Origin: Candidatus Bathyarchaeia archaeon
GTDB taxonomy: Archaea; Thermoproteota; Bathyarchaeia; 40CM-2-53-6
DNA length: 64,000 bases
Assembly: GCA_049513715.1 (NCBI GenBank)
Contig: JBEKVV010000008.1
Location: 26,447 to 90,446 of the forward strand
Direction: 5' to 3'
Part shown: in pieces, positions 38,759 through 48,569 of the stretch
Position numbering within the stretch: position 1 is the stretch's first letter
Layout: each line of letters starts with the position of its first letter
Translations under genes and position numbers: made by a program
The notes under the pieces: model-generated
The model's input: only the letters and a program-made list of their open reading frames with translations
Database searches by the model: none
What the model was told of the DNA's origin: nothing

Positions 38759-39125
38759 GTGACATCCTCCCACGGCTAAAGCTCGTGGGCTTCCTGGTTC
38801 CTTGATCCTGCTTGCTTCACAACTACGGGTTGTTGGAGTAGAGGCTTGATCTCCGCACGCGTAGATTCGGCTGTGCCCCAACCTACTTTCTTCAATATGT
38901 TTCGTGCGGCGTTCAAATCCCTGTCAATAGTAAGTCCACACTTCGGACATTCATGGATTCTTTCGGAGAGGTTCTTTGGAACATGGAATCCGCACCTTGA
39001 GCAATCTCTCGTAGTTCCATACGGGTCCACTGCCTCCACGCTCTTACCAGCTTCTTCCGCTTTGTAAGATGTGAAAAGTAGTTGACCCCAGCCAGCGTGA
39101 ATTGTCCCTTTGAGGTTATTTTCAC
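38759..39125 (-). mobile_element. tnpB: IS200/IS605 remnant 1: tnpB 3' fragment + right end
   Basis: GWGQL...VDPYGTTRDCSRCG...CPKCG..DRDLNAARNI; end hairpin GAAGCCCACGAGCTTTAGCCGTGGGAGGATGTCAC. Confidence 0.88.
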
Positions 39126-39560
39126 GACTTGGCTGACAGCCGCCGACCTTCCCCTGGCTAAAGTAAGGATTCCTTACACAAATACCTAGTCCACCAATGG
39201 TCCATGATGCAGGCAACTCAGATGTACATGGGAAGATCAGACTAGCGGCGATCTAACCAGTAAACGCCTTTCTCCTAATGCCTATGATTCTCCACCCGGA
39301 TTATTTTGGGGTGATGTTAGAAAGAACGTGTGATTGGTTTGAAGTTTGGTCGGGTCTGCTGTTGTTGGGATGCGTAGGTGGCTAATGCAAGGCTCCACAA
39401 TTGATCGTAATGAGTTCAGGCTGGGTGACTGAATTTTTGGCCTCCCAGATCTCTTAGGTTCGCGTTGACAGGTGATCTGGGGATCGGATGTTGTCGCGCT
39501 TGCGGACACGCAAATCGCTTCGAAGGCTCTGTGGGACCTTATGATGTGTCAGCAGGTTTA

Positions 39561-39581
39561 TGTTATACGTTGCGTATAACA
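39561..39581. promoter_or_regulatory. Palindromic operator of the RHH-PIN module
   Basis: TGTTATACG-TTG-CGTATAACA. Confidence 0.65.
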
Positions 39582-39596
39582 GAACCTTGATCGTGC

Positions 39597-39866
39597 TTGA
39601 CTGTCGTTCCAATCAGACTGAGCCGTCAGGATGCAAGGAAGCTGGACCGACTAGTTAAGATGGGAATTTACCGGAGTCGGACGGAGGCGATAAGGGCCAT
39701 GATCCAAGTAGGAGCCGATGAGCGGGTAGCCAAATACCTCATGAACGAAACCGTTCGGGATGCTTTGAATGAGCTCCTAGAATACGAGAAGCGTGACGGA
39801 AGCAACCCCCTTCGCATAATCACAAGGAAGACTGCGGCAGAGATTGTAGCCGAAGGTAGGCAGTGA
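39597..39866 (+). CDS. Ribbon-helix-helix antitoxin
   Basis: VVPIRLS...LDRLVKMGIYRSRTEAIR; TAAEIVAEGR tail. Confidence 0.88.
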   Translation: MTVVPIRLSRQDARKLDRLVKMGIYRSRTEAIRAMIQVGADERVAKYLMNETVRDALNELLEYEKRDGSNPLRIITRKTAAEIVAEGRQ

Positions 39867-40405
39867 CGGCAACCTATCTCGATACGAGTGTTATCTTAGC
39901 GCGCTACATACCTTCAGATCCGAGCTTTCACAGCGTCGAGAATTTCTTCAAGAGGATGTCTGAGCCCAGGTACATTTCAGAAATATCGATCTTGGAGTTG
40001 TATTGCGTGTTCTCACGCCTTATCAATGGGGCGTCCCTCAGCGCCCTCGATGGCGTAAGAGGCTTCGGTCAGCTAACGATCGATGAGAAGGTGCGAGTGG
40101 CCGTTGAGCATGCAGTCCGAACATGGAGAGTAAAGGTAATGGTGCCAGAAAGAACATTCGTTCGGCTGCCGCTTTCGAAGCAGACCTTTGAAATTGCGCA
40201 TGAACTTTTCGAAGCCATCAGGTCTTCGCCAGTGGTTGGCTTGAAGACGCTGGACGCACTCCATGTGGCTTACGCACACTCAATAAGGGAACTTGTCCCC
40301 GACCTTAACACCTTCACAACACTCGACAAGGATATCTTGTCAAAAAGCGAAGCGATCCAGAAAGAAACTGATATCAGGGTTGTGACTATTCTGGCGGGTG
40401 AATGA
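39863..40405 (+). CDS. vapC: VapC/PIN toxin
   Basis: YLDTSVI, LKTLDALHVA, FTTLD. Confidence 0.9.
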   Translation: MTATYLDTSVILARYIPSDPSFHSVENFFKRMSEPRYISEISILELYCVFSRLINGASLSALDGVRGFGQLTIDEKVRVAVEHAVRTWRVKVMVPERTFVRLPLSKQTFEIAHELFEAIRSSPVVGLKTLDALHVAYAHSIRELVPDLNTFTTLDKDILSKSEAIQKETDIRVVTILAGE

Positions 40406-40532
40406 ACTAGGTTTGAAATCCATGGGGACGGTTATGTTGATACGAACTTCCTGGATATCGGACTAATTCAAGAGAACTGGTTCAAGCACTCTGATAGGCT
40501 ACACGAAACGAAACCTTCATGATGCCCTGGGT

Positions 40533-40922
40533 CTAGCCTAAAGTTTGTCTTAACTCGGGGTGGCGAGTCTTCGAAGCAACGGGTTTCTGATTTTCTTCGA
40601 GTGCTTGCTCCATTGATTTTCTGGCCAGGGCCATGTCGAGCTTGATAAGTTGTTTCACAACATCGTTCTTTCTATCCAGCTCGTACAACGTAGCTCTTCC
40701 AATCTTCCTGCTAACCGTCAACGCACCCGACTTCTCAAGTTCCTTCCAATACTTGAAGAAGGTAACGCGGCTCATTGCCAAGCTCTTCGCGATCTCATTC
40801 TTCGAGTAGTCTGATAGGGGATTGTCTAGGAAGAAGTCAACTATTCGGAGGATGGGGGCTGCTCCGAGATACCTCAGTAGCAGTGTTTCGTTTCGTGCGT
40901 AGGACGTAGTAATCGTCACCAT
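40533..40922 (-). CDS. Winged-helix protein
   Basis: RIVDFFLDNP..DYSKNEIA...SRKIGRATLYEL. Confidence 0.85.
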   Translation of the reverse strand: MVTITTSYARNETLLLRYLGAAPILRIVDFFLDNPLSDYSKNEIAKSLAMSRVTFFKYWKELEKSGALTVSRKIGRATLYELDRKNDVVKQLIKLDMALARKSMEQALEENQKPVASKTRHPELRQTLG

Positions 40923-41248
40923 CGTCGTCGCCGCGCGCTTGACCGTGGTCGGTTGATGCTTTTCCGTTCAAGTCCCAGTTTTCTTCTTTTCTGTTTGCAA
41001 TCAACACAGCCGCATATCGTAGTTATCCAGTAAGGGGGCATATGAGAGTAGGATGCCCGGGCACCGTAGCTCCGGCTGAGCCTGATTTCTAACATGTATG
41101 CTTCGTCAGTCGATTCGTGCCAGAGGTGTATACCGACATTGTTCCAGACCGGTCTTGATTGGTTGAACGCCAGGTCTAGGTTATCCCAATCTTCAGGCAG
41201 CCTGTGGTAAAGGAAGCCTATGTCAATCTCCCAACTTCCAAGTTTCAT
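40916..41248 (-). CDS. Hypothetical protein (CxxC)
   Basis: Stop overlaps the start of the wHTH gene. Confidence 0.5.
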   Translation of the reverse strand: MKLGSWEIDIGFLYHRLPEDWDNLDLAFNQSRPVWNNVGIHLWHESTDEAYMLEIRLSRSYGARASYSHMPPYWITTICGCVDCKQKRRKLGLERKSINRPRSSARRRRW

Positions 41249-41356
41249 TGTCCAGGAACACAACCAGGACTTCGAACTGTGCACGACGTTACAAGGATTA
41301 TTTCGACAATTCGACTAGGGAAATTGGAGAACGAATCGACAATTTGACACTGACTA

Positions 41357-41563
41357 CTATGCTGCGACTTCTTTCTTAGCTAGTGCTTGAACCATTAATG
41401 GAACGTTTTTGCTGGCATTCAGCACTTCGAGGAAAAGAGGTTCGCCCGTCTTGGCCAGGTGGATGACAATGTCACCCATTTCCTCAGCATGCGAGAGTTG
41501 GCCAGATTCGGAGACGATGAACATCAGGACGTCTGACTCTGCGTCGTATTTGAGCCTAGACAT
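41357..41563 (-). CDS. DUF2283 protein (predicted antitoxin)
   Basis: LKYDAESDVL...EVLNASK. Confidence 0.85.
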   Translation of the reverse strand: MSRLKYDAESDVLMFIVSESGQLSHAEEMGDIVIHLAKTGEPLFLEVLNASKNVPLMVQALAKKEVAA

Positions 41564-41690
41564 TGTACCTCGTCCTCTTCACAGGGTAGAAGGTTACGAC
41601 GACCATATTATCGTTGGTTTGCCTGTAGACCACTCTAAGAGCGATTTCACCATCCATCGGCTTAGTAGCCAACGCTGGTCATCTCGATAC
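41556..41690 (-). pseudogene. DUF4258-like toxin 3' remnant
   Basis: DGEIALRVVYRQTNDNMVVVTFYPVKRTRYNV overlapping the DUF2283 start; 5' half missing. Confidence 0.65.
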
Positions 41691-41710
41691 ACGGGAGGGG
41701 CTGTACGGTT

Positions 41711-41980
41711 TCAGTAGCCTTTCCCTCTGTGAAACATGTCTGTCACGTAGACCACATTGCCCTCGACCGCGTAGACCGCCCGGTAGTCACCGATTCTCAG
41801 GCGAAAAAGGTCTTGTCTTCCTCGTGTTCCCTTTAGCCGAATAATGTCTGTGCCAGAACGATGTTGAAACGGGTCCATTTGGAGAGTCCGTAGCGCTCTG
41901 ATGATGCTGGAGCGAAGCTTGGGCGGCATTCCCGCAGGAGTCTTGGCAACCTCCCGGTGAAGCTTAACCGCGTAAGGCAT
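41711..41980 (-). CDS. relE: RelE/ParE toxin
   Basis: IIRLKG...FRLRIGDYRAVY...HRGKGY. Confidence 0.92.
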   Translation of the reverse strand: MPYAVKLHREVAKTPAGMPPKLRSSIIRALRTLQMDPFQHRSGTDIIRLKGTRGRQDLFRLRIGDYRAVYAVEGNVVYVTDMFHRGKGY

Positions 41981-42165
41981 CAGATCTCGTCCAAGGAAAC
42001 GAAGGCATTCTTGTCCTTCAAGCGTTCGTATTGCATCGCCATGAATTCTTCATATTCGACCAGCGAGATGAGTCGCTTTAAGAGCTGATCGTAGGTTTCG
42101 CCCTTTCTTCCAAGGGACCGCAACCGTTCTCTTGTTTCCTTCTCCAACGGAATGGTCGTAGTCAT
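41980..42165 (-). CDS. Antitoxin (archaeal RHH-like)
   Basis: TTIPLEKETRERL...KGETYDQLLKRL; VSLDEI tail. Confidence 0.85.
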   Translation of the reverse strand: MTTTIPLEKETRERLRSLGRKGETYDQLLKRLISLVEYEEFMAMQYERLKDKNAFVSLDEI

Positions 42166-42478
42166 CTAAGGTCCACTATAAGTGACTATGAGGTACTTAT
42201 AATCGTTTATAGTTAGATTAAGGCGACACACATTTGTTAAGGTTCGAACACCGAGGGAAGGTCTACCGCTAGAAAGCAATTACACCCATAAGTGCACTAA
42301 ATCATAGCCCCATGTGAGGGCGTTTGCTGACTGTCAGAAACCGTAAGGTTCCGGTGGCCGGACGACTTCAGTTGTAAATTGTCGTGGGTAGCGGATTCAC
42401 TCATGCAGGCCTCATCTCAGACTGAAGTTTGGGGGTTTGCGTTCGCCTTACTTTCCATTAGGATCCGGGAGTGGCTGT

Positions 42479-42874
42479 CTAGAACCAGGTTCTTGATATG
42501 CCTTTGATCTCGTCATAGTGATGATCATCTGAGAGGATCTTGGCTTTCTTCGCCAGGGCGGTGGAGGCGATTATGCAGTCGCCGGTTGGTATGTTCGGGT
42601 GCATGCTCTTCAGGAGGCCTGCTTCTTTTGCTATTTCGGCTGTAAGGTCGGCGATTGTGAGGCCGCTTCTTTTGAGAGATAGGTATCTGATGGTTGCTTC
42701 TTCTCTCCCGCGTTTGTCGGAGACGTAGCGCACGATTTCGGTGATAACTATCGTGGGTAGGATGCCGGTTCTCTTCTCCACTAGGGTTCTGAGCCGCTTG
42801 GAAGCCTTCGATTTTGTCTCCTGGTTGTCGGAGAGAAAGTACTCGAGTAGGAATCTTGAATCGATGACCTCCAA
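42479..42874 (-). CDS. vapC: VapC/PIN toxin
   Basis: VIDSRF, PTIVITE, DCIIASTA, ILSDD.H. Confidence 0.9.
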   Translation of the reverse strand: MEVIDSRFLLEYFLSDNQETKSKASKRLRTLVEKRTGILPTIVITEIVRYVSDKRGREEATIRYLSLKRSGLTIADLTAEIAKEAGLLKSMHPNIPTGDCIIASTALAKKAKILSDDHHYDEIKGISRTWF

Positions 42875-42880
42875 GATCTT

Positions 42881-43123
42881 CTAGTATTCCTCCCGCATTC
42901 TTTCGATCATCTTTCTGGCCGCTTCTACCGTGCCATACTTTGCGTCCACGCCTGCGAGATCCATGAGGTCAGGCACTCGGCGAACCAGTAGTCCGTGTTC
43001 AGCTTCCTCAATCAGCAGGTCGTCACCCTCTTTGATGCCAAGTCTCATTCGGTGTTCTATGGGAAGGGTTGTTTGACCCCTTCTCGTGACCTTCACCACT
43101 ACTCCCAACGCTGGTCCCGGCAT
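42881..43123 (-). CDS. AbrB/MazE antitoxin
   Basis: VKVTRRGQTTLP...LGIKEGD. Confidence 0.9.
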   Translation of the reverse strand: MPGPALGVVVKVTRRGQTTLPIEHRMRLGIKEGDDLLIEEAEHGLLVRRVPDLMDLAGVDAKYGTVEAARKMIERMREEY

Positions 43124-43455
43124 GATATGACGTTATCCTACTCTATAAGGTAATTCCTATTTAGAAGCGAAATTCCTGAACGACGCGAGTGCGACGTTTT
43201 CGTGATATTTGACAGTTAGATGAGAACCTCTCTCCTTCTCCTACCGGTCTGACTGGTAGGCGAAGGAGTCGTACCTGTTCCGAGCTTTGAATCTGGGATA
43301 TCCCGCAAATGTACCGACCCGGTCTATTGCGTCGGGCATAATTGAGAGACCATCATCCCAGCTTTGGGTCACCGCTCGAGCTGAGAGGACCATACGGCGA
43401 GAGGCTGACGATCTTGTCGTTTCCCTCGCGCCTACGAGTTATCTTGGCGTTCGTA

Positions 43456-43854
43456 CTATTCGAAGATCCTCTTGATGCCTTTCACTTTGTCGAAGGCCCT
43501 GTCGTTTGAGTAGATCTCTGTAAGTTTCAGGCGTTCCATCTGTGCAAGGTACACTCTATCAAAGAACTCCAAGCGCGGGTACGAGAGCTCGAGTTCCCCG
43601 GCCCGTTTCTCGTCGGAGTATATGGTTTCGGACTTCTGCAAGGTTAGGTATGAGTCGAGGGCGCTCAGGAACGTGGCCACGTAAGTTTTCTTCTTGCGAT
43701 ATTCGAGCCATGCGCAAACCTCGGCTATCACCAAGCTTGATGCAACCGCCTCCTCGCCGGACCCAATTCTTTCAAGGATTCTTCTGGCCGCAGGTCCGAA
43801 CTCAGGGTTAGCGGTTATCACGTAGAGAAAGATGTTTGTCTCAACGAACCTCAA
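43456..43854 (-). CDS. vapC: VapC/PIN toxin (first catalytic D appears as E)
   Basis: MRFVETNIFLY, FFD, EIYSNDRAFD. Confidence 0.88.
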   Translation of the reverse strand: MRFVETNIFLYVITANPEFGPAARRILERIGSGEEAVASSLVIAEVCAWLEYRKKKTYVATFLSALDSYLTLQKSETIYSDEKRAGELELSYPRLEFFDRVYLAQMERLKLTEIYSNDRAFDKVKGIKRIFE

Positions 43855-44117
43855 GCTGCTGGCATCCCTAGTCTCTTCCTCTTGGCAATAGCCTCCCGTA
43901 CCTGTCTCTTGGGGTTTCCACCTTCAACCTTCCGCGCGAGCCCCCAGATTGCCTCGGTCGGTTTCTTGATAGCTACAGAAGGGCTGATCACTAACTTCGC
44001 CCCTACTTGTTCGACCTCGAGCGTAGAACCCGACTTTATCCCTAGGCTCCTTCTGAGCCTTCTTGGAAGCGTGACTCTGTGCTTCTCATCCACAACCACC
44101 TGAGTCAAATTTCCCAC
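43851..44117 (-). CDS. AbrB/MazE antitoxin
   Basis: VVDEKHRVTLPRRLRRSLGI; TTCCCAC/GTGGGAA inverted repeat at 44111-44145. Confidence 0.9.
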   Translation of the reverse strand: MGNLTQVVVDEKHRVTLPRRLRRSLGIKSGSTLEVEQVGAKLVISPSVAIKKPTEAIWGLARKVEGGNPKRQVREAIAKRKRLGMPAA

Positions 44118-44150
44118 AATCTCTGACCCACCCTAAGAGTGGGAATAGTA

Positions 44151-44400
44151 GTGATGTCCTCCTACGTTTAAAGGCTGTGGGCTTCTCGCTTCAATGCCGT
44201 AGCTTCGGATTGTTTCGTCTGATCTGTAGCGCTAGGCTTCTGAGTTCTGTTCTGCTTAATGACTTACGGTGCTGTTGATAATGCTGAATTTTCTCAGCTC
44301 TCAGCGTGTTGTACAGTTCACATAGGGCGCGTAGGCTGCGTTTAAGCCGCATCTCCTGCCCTGAATTCGGGTAGATTCGGTACTTATAGGCCGAGAGCAT
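44151..44400 (-). mobile_element. tnpB: IS200/IS605 remnant 2: tnpB 5' fragment joined directly to the right end (internal deletion)
   Basis: MLSAYKYRIYP...LYN then CGGCATTGAAGCGAGAAGCCCACAGCC...GGAGGACATCAC, same end as remnant 3. Confidence 0.88.
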
Positions 44401-44457
44401 GTCCGATTGCAAAATGGTTCACGCATTTATCTGTTGCAGGCTCGCTTTCATCCTCTC

Positions 44458-44610
44458 GTATCCGGAAATAATTTCGTATATGAAGTTAAGCTTCTAAGGG
44501 TGAAACTCAACAATCGAAAGATTCGGTGGCTCATCCAAGAGAAACTGAAGGGGAGAGGCAGCGGAGAACTGGCGTGCCTCGTCTCGACAACGCGGATTTG
44601 GCGCTGCCGC
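44458..44610 (+). mobile_element. IS481/ISA0963-like left end and transposase stub
   Basis: GTG 44500 MKLNNRKIRWLIQEKLKGRGSGELA resembles archaeal IS481 transposase N-termini; truncated. Confidence 0.5.
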
Positions 44611-44962
44611 GCACGCAATTCATCCAACCGCTAAAAGCACGTGGGGTTTCTTGCTCAAATCCGTTCTAATCGCCCGCACGAGTGACATTACCCCCAAACA
44701 CTACCTGAGTACAGTCTAATGGAATTACTTCAGATTACGCTTATGATGTGAGGGCATTCGTTTTTGCCATTGCGCTGCGCGACCTGATGGGTGGCATGCG
44801 AATTCATGCCTGGGTTGTTAAAGGACAGCGAACGTGTTGACGATCGACAGCGATCGCGCCACCGCCTTCTCGCCGGACAGGATGGCCCCGTCCAAGCCAC
44901 CATCGGGCCGGAAAAGTGAGCCGTTTATAGGCAAAGGTCATGATCATCACGGGAGGATGCAG

Positions 44963-45196
44963 ATGGCCTCGGTGAGATATACGGCGGTGTTGGAACCTGC
45001 TGAAGAGGGCGGGTTTGTGGTAAAGTGCGTAGAGCTCCCTGTTGCCACGGAAGGTGAGACCAAAGAGGAGGCTCTCGCAAACCTAAAGGAGGCAATTGAA
45101 GGCTACCTCGAGGTCAAAGCGGAGAGGTTGAGAGAGCAGACGAAAGGAGAAAGAGTCGAGGTCATTGTCGAAGCTCCCTCTGCTCTCATGGCGTGA
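44963..45196 (+). CDS. hicB: HicB antitoxin
   Basis: YTAVLEPAEEGGFVV.C.ELP...EGETKEEALANLKEAI. Confidence 0.92.
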   Translation: MASVRYTAVLEPAEEGGFVVKCVELPVATEGETKEEALANLKEAIEGYLEVKAERLREQTKGERVEVIVEAPSALMA

Positions 45197-45365
45197 AGTC
45201 GTTAAAGTCCTAGGCAAAGTCGGATTTTTTTTGGTTGAGGAAGTAATCTTGAGACGGTTGCCGAAGGCGAAGGCTAGCGCCAGAGAAATAGCGGAGATTA
45301 AGAAGTCTATCGCGGAAATGAGAGCTGGCGAAAGCGTGACCTTGGAAGAACTCGCATGTGCCTAG
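45165..45365 (+). pseudogene. hicA: HicA N-terminus fused to an unrelated antitoxin-like C-terminus
   Basis: MSKLPLLSWREVVKVLGKVGF stops before the GSH catalytic motif; tail EIKKSIAEMRAGESVTLEEL. Confidence 0.7.
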
Positions 45366-45594
45366 ATAGCATCTATTCGCTTCAGTGAAGTGTTCGATAT
45401 TTTGGTCAAGAATGAAACCCGAAGAGAACCCCGGAAGGACGAGCACGGACTACCCTTGAGAAGCTACCGTAGTCTGCGTAGTATTGTTGTCCTGTTCCAA
45501 GCTTCTGGGTGCGGCGCCAGGCGGGGCGGTACTGTTCGTAGAATATCGCTACCGTTACAAGCTCAGTTAGACTCTGATTCATTGGGATCTATGG

Positions 45595-45933
45595 TTGGAA
45601 ATCTGGCAACTTGAGCGAATAAAAGACAAGGTCGAGGAACTGGAGGGGCGACTGGAAGTCAGAATTTTCGCTCTGGACGGAACGATATACAAGATATGGT
45701 ACTATCCCCGTGACGACGTAGCCCTCTACGGCAAGCTAGTATTGGATGAGGAGAAGCGACGCGAGAGGTCCGAGAAAGCATGGCCCAGGACACTGCTGGA
45801 AGCAATGAAGCACCGTGACACAAAAGTGCAGGTACGGATTAGAAACAATGGGAGAACCGAGAAGTGGTTTGGGTCAGAGCCTGATATGTCTCCACTTGAC
45901 GAAGTATACCGGTATGTCGTCGAGCTCAGATGA
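45595..45933 (+). CDS. Hypothetical protein
   Basis: 112-aa ORF with protein-like composition. Confidence 0.45.
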   Translation: MEIWQLERIKDKVEELEGRLEVRIFALDGTIYKIWYYPRDDVALYGKLVLDEEKRRERSEKAWPRTLLEAMKHRDTKVQVRIRNNGRTEKWFGSEPDMSPLDEVYRYVVELR

Positions 45934-46060
45934 GAATTCCATTCCTGCGGAAGATGGCTGAAGGCTACTCCTTCAGTTCCCATACCTCTCGAGGTTGGAT
46001 GAGGATTCTGCAAAGATGCTCCCGATGGCTGTAGCTGATTTGGGAATGGTGAAGTTCTTA

Positions 46061-46098
46061 TGTACGTAATGCACTAGAGCACTGATGCATTGTGTACA
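46061..46098. promoter_or_regulatory. Inverted repeat upstream of the AbiE operon (probable AbiEi operator)
   Basis: TGTACGTAATGCA-N12-TGCATTGTGTACA. Confidence 0.6.
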
Positions 46099-46120
46099 AT
46101 ATAGTTTTCTGGTGTAACCA

Positions 46121-47293
46121 ATGGGAGAGCTCGATCAGTTCGTAGCGCAGAACCTGCGGAAGATACTGCCCGAACTCAGGCCTAAAGTGGTCTCCCAGAG
46201 ATTGAACCTAGGCGGGAAGAGAGAAGTCGATCTCTACGCAAAAGATGAGAATGACCACGAATATTACATCGAGATCAAGTCCAAGGGTTTCAGTAGGATA
46301 GACATTGGTCAAGCAGTCGAATACAAGGCACTGATTTCGAAAATCTCACCTCGAGCGGATCTAATCCTTGTGTGCAATAGCATTGCCAAAGAGGTCCGAG
46401 AAGTGCTCGAAAGAGCAGGTATTCGGATAGTGAACCTTAGCGAGCTCGGCCTTAGTTTTCCAAGTCATCAGACTCCGCAAGAACGCAGAAAATCCAAAGC
46501 GTTGAGTCCTACCGAAGAGCGTGCGTACTTTGCCTTAGTTCGCGACGCAAGAGGAATTGTGACTACTTCTATGCTGTCTTCTCTACTATCCATCCCGGTC
46601 TCCTATGCCAAAAACATCTTGGACTCTCTAAACAAAAAGCAGGTCATTTACAGGATAGGAAGAGGCAAGTATGTTCTCATAGCGCCAGAGGTTTTGTATG
46701 GTAGGAAAAGCTACGTCGCAGACCCAATCACGATTGTCAGCGAGCTCTTTTCCAGCGACTATTATGTTGCTTATCGAAGTGCGGCTTACCTTCAAGGGCT
46801 TGCGCGGCAGGCACCTTTCGTCACAACAATTGCGATTCCAAACCGCAAGAGGCCTGTCGATATTGGAAGCGGGAAGCTTCAATTCGTTACCGTAAAGAGA
46901 GATCGCTTCTTATGGGGTGTTGAACAGATGAAGTACGGGAATGTGTCAATCAGTATCTCTGGCTTGCACCGTACAATTCTTGATTGTCTGGAGAGACCTG
47001 ACCTATGTGGCGGGATCGTCGAAGTCGTTCAAGTAATCTCTGCTGCTGTAGACCACCCCAAGTTCGATCAGATAATGCTCGCAAAGCAGGCAAGGATGTT
47101 TGGGAACAAAGCCGTTGTTCAAAGGCTCGGGTTTATTCTCCAAAGAACACGAAAGAGAAGGATCGCAAAGTCATTGCCACTGTTGGGGAAAATCAAGAGT
47201 GATTTCACATACCCACTTGATCCGCATCTAGGTAAGAAAGGCAGACTCTCGGAAAAGTGGCAGATTCTTGACAACGTCGGCTTGAGAGGCTAG
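46121..47293 (+). CDS. PD-(D/E)xK nuclease-like domain fused to AbiEi type IV antitoxin
   Basis: EVDLYAKD...YYIEIK...DIGQAVEY; RIGRGKY, YYVAYRSAA, RTILDCLERPDLCGG, QRLGFIL. Confidence 0.85.
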   Translation: MGELDQFVAQNLRKILPELRPKVVSQRLNLGGKREVDLYAKDENDHEYYIEIKSKGFSRIDIGQAVEYKALISKISPRADLILVCNSIAKEVREVLERAGIRIVNLSELGLSFPSHQTPQERRKSKALSPTEERAYFALVRDARGIVTTSMLSSLLSIPVSYAKNILDSLNKKQVIYRIGRGKYVLIAPEVLYGRKSYVADPITIVSELFSSDYYVAYRSAAYLQGLARQAPFVTTIAIPNRKRPVDIGSGKLQFVTVKRDRFLWGVEQMKYGNVSISISGLHRTILDCLERPDLCGGIVEVVQVISAAVDHPKFDQIMLAKQARMFGNKAVVQRLGFILQRTRKRRIAKSLPLLGKIKSDFTYPLDPHLGKKGRLSEKWQILDNVGLRG

Positions 47294-47296
47294 GGC

Positions 47297-48271
47297 ATGC
47301 AATTCGCGGAAAAAGAGATTCGAGAATGGGCGGACAAAATCGAACTTGCAGACCTTACGCTCGCTGAACTTGATTACAGATTGCTATCGACGCTTGAATC
47401 AATTTACTCAAGCAATGGACATCTGACAGGACTTGCTATGAAAGGCGGCACTGCGATAAACAAGCTGTACCTCGGGGGAACCTCCCGTCTTTCTGTCGAT
47501 GTCGATTTCAACCACGTAGGCGATAGAGACAAGGTTCTTTCAGGGCGATCCACGCTAAGGGAAGCTCTAACCAGAACTCTCAGGGTGCTGGACAGCAATT
47601 ACAAACTATCCTTCAAACGAAATTGGAATCAAACTACCATCAGAGCGGAATATTCCAGTTTAACTGGCGCGAATCAACAATTGAAACTTGAGATATCTCA
47701 TGTCGAAAGAATTCCGATTTTCGATTTGGTGGCTCGTGACGCAAGCAGCCCAACGAAGAGCTTTAAGGTATTAACGTATTCGCTTGAAGAACTCCTTGCT
47801 ACGAAGCTGCGAGCTCTATTTGAGAGGTTCAGCGGTAGGGATATCTACGATATCTACTTCACCGCCAAGCTAAGTCCGGACAAGAACATTATCAAAAAGA
47901 TGTTCTTGTACTATTTCTTCCGCTCGAGGAAGATTTACAATCCTAAGACACACTTCAAGAATCTACAAGAAAGACTCGAGCATGGTAAGTACAGAGATGA
48001 CGTTACAGGATTTATCCGACCTAGTATATCGTTTTCTCTGGAGGACGCCGCCGCATTTGTTGTGCGTGAGTATTCATTACTTACCGAACTTGACGACGAT
48101 GATGAGAGGTTTCTGGTGATCGCCAGGACTATCCTGAAAAAGGGTAGCATATCTAAACAGGCGCAGAGGGAGACTCGTGGAATACGCTATCCACTAGCAA
48201 AATTGTTTCGCAATTACAGGATAACCGCGGGCGCTGTCTCCGCGTCCCGCAAGGACATCACTCCATACTAA
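47297..48271 (+). CDS. AbiEii nucleotidyltransferase toxin
   Basis: MKGGTAINKLY, RLSVDVDF, KLEI, ATKLRAL..R..GRDIYD. Confidence 0.92.
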   Translation: MQFAEKEIREWADKIELADLTLAELDYRLLSTLESIYSSNGHLTGLAMKGGTAINKLYLGGTSRLSVDVDFNHVGDRDKVLSGRSTLREALTRTLRVLDSNYKLSFKRNWNQTTIRAEYSSLTGANQQLKLEISHVERIPIFDLVARDASSPTKSFKVLTYSLEELLATKLRALFERFSGRDIYDIYFTAKLSPDKNIIKKMFLYYFFRSRKIYNPKTHFKNLQERLEHGKYRDDVTGFIRPSISFSLEDAAAFVVREYSLLTELDDDDERFLVIARTILKKGSISKQAQRETRGIRYPLAKLFRNYRITAGAVSASRKDITPY

Positions 48272-48569
48272 TAGTAACTTCATGGACTAGAGTTATGTGT
48301 GACAGACTCCCGAGACGGCTAACTGGTGGCTCTGCTGAATCGATCGGTACAAAAGGGCACAGCGCTGAACTTTCAGTTAAGTGCTCTCTCCCGGTGCTCT
48401 CAGTCCCACCCCCTGCTCTAAACCTTGAAATCGTACGAGAAATGGAAGAACTTTGCCAGTGAGGCTGATCTGTGTTTTGTTAGGGGCTGCCGTGCGGCCG
48501 GTGTAGTTCGTAGTTGATTGTGACCGGGTGGCCGCGTTTGTGCCTTATGTCGAACTTGTAGGTTGCTCC

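Noticed and set aside
48550..48569. Guide positions of IS remnants 2 and 3 as targeting sequences
   Set aside because: No second match noticed by eye in this window; they look like ordinary insertion flanks (genome-wide search not possible)
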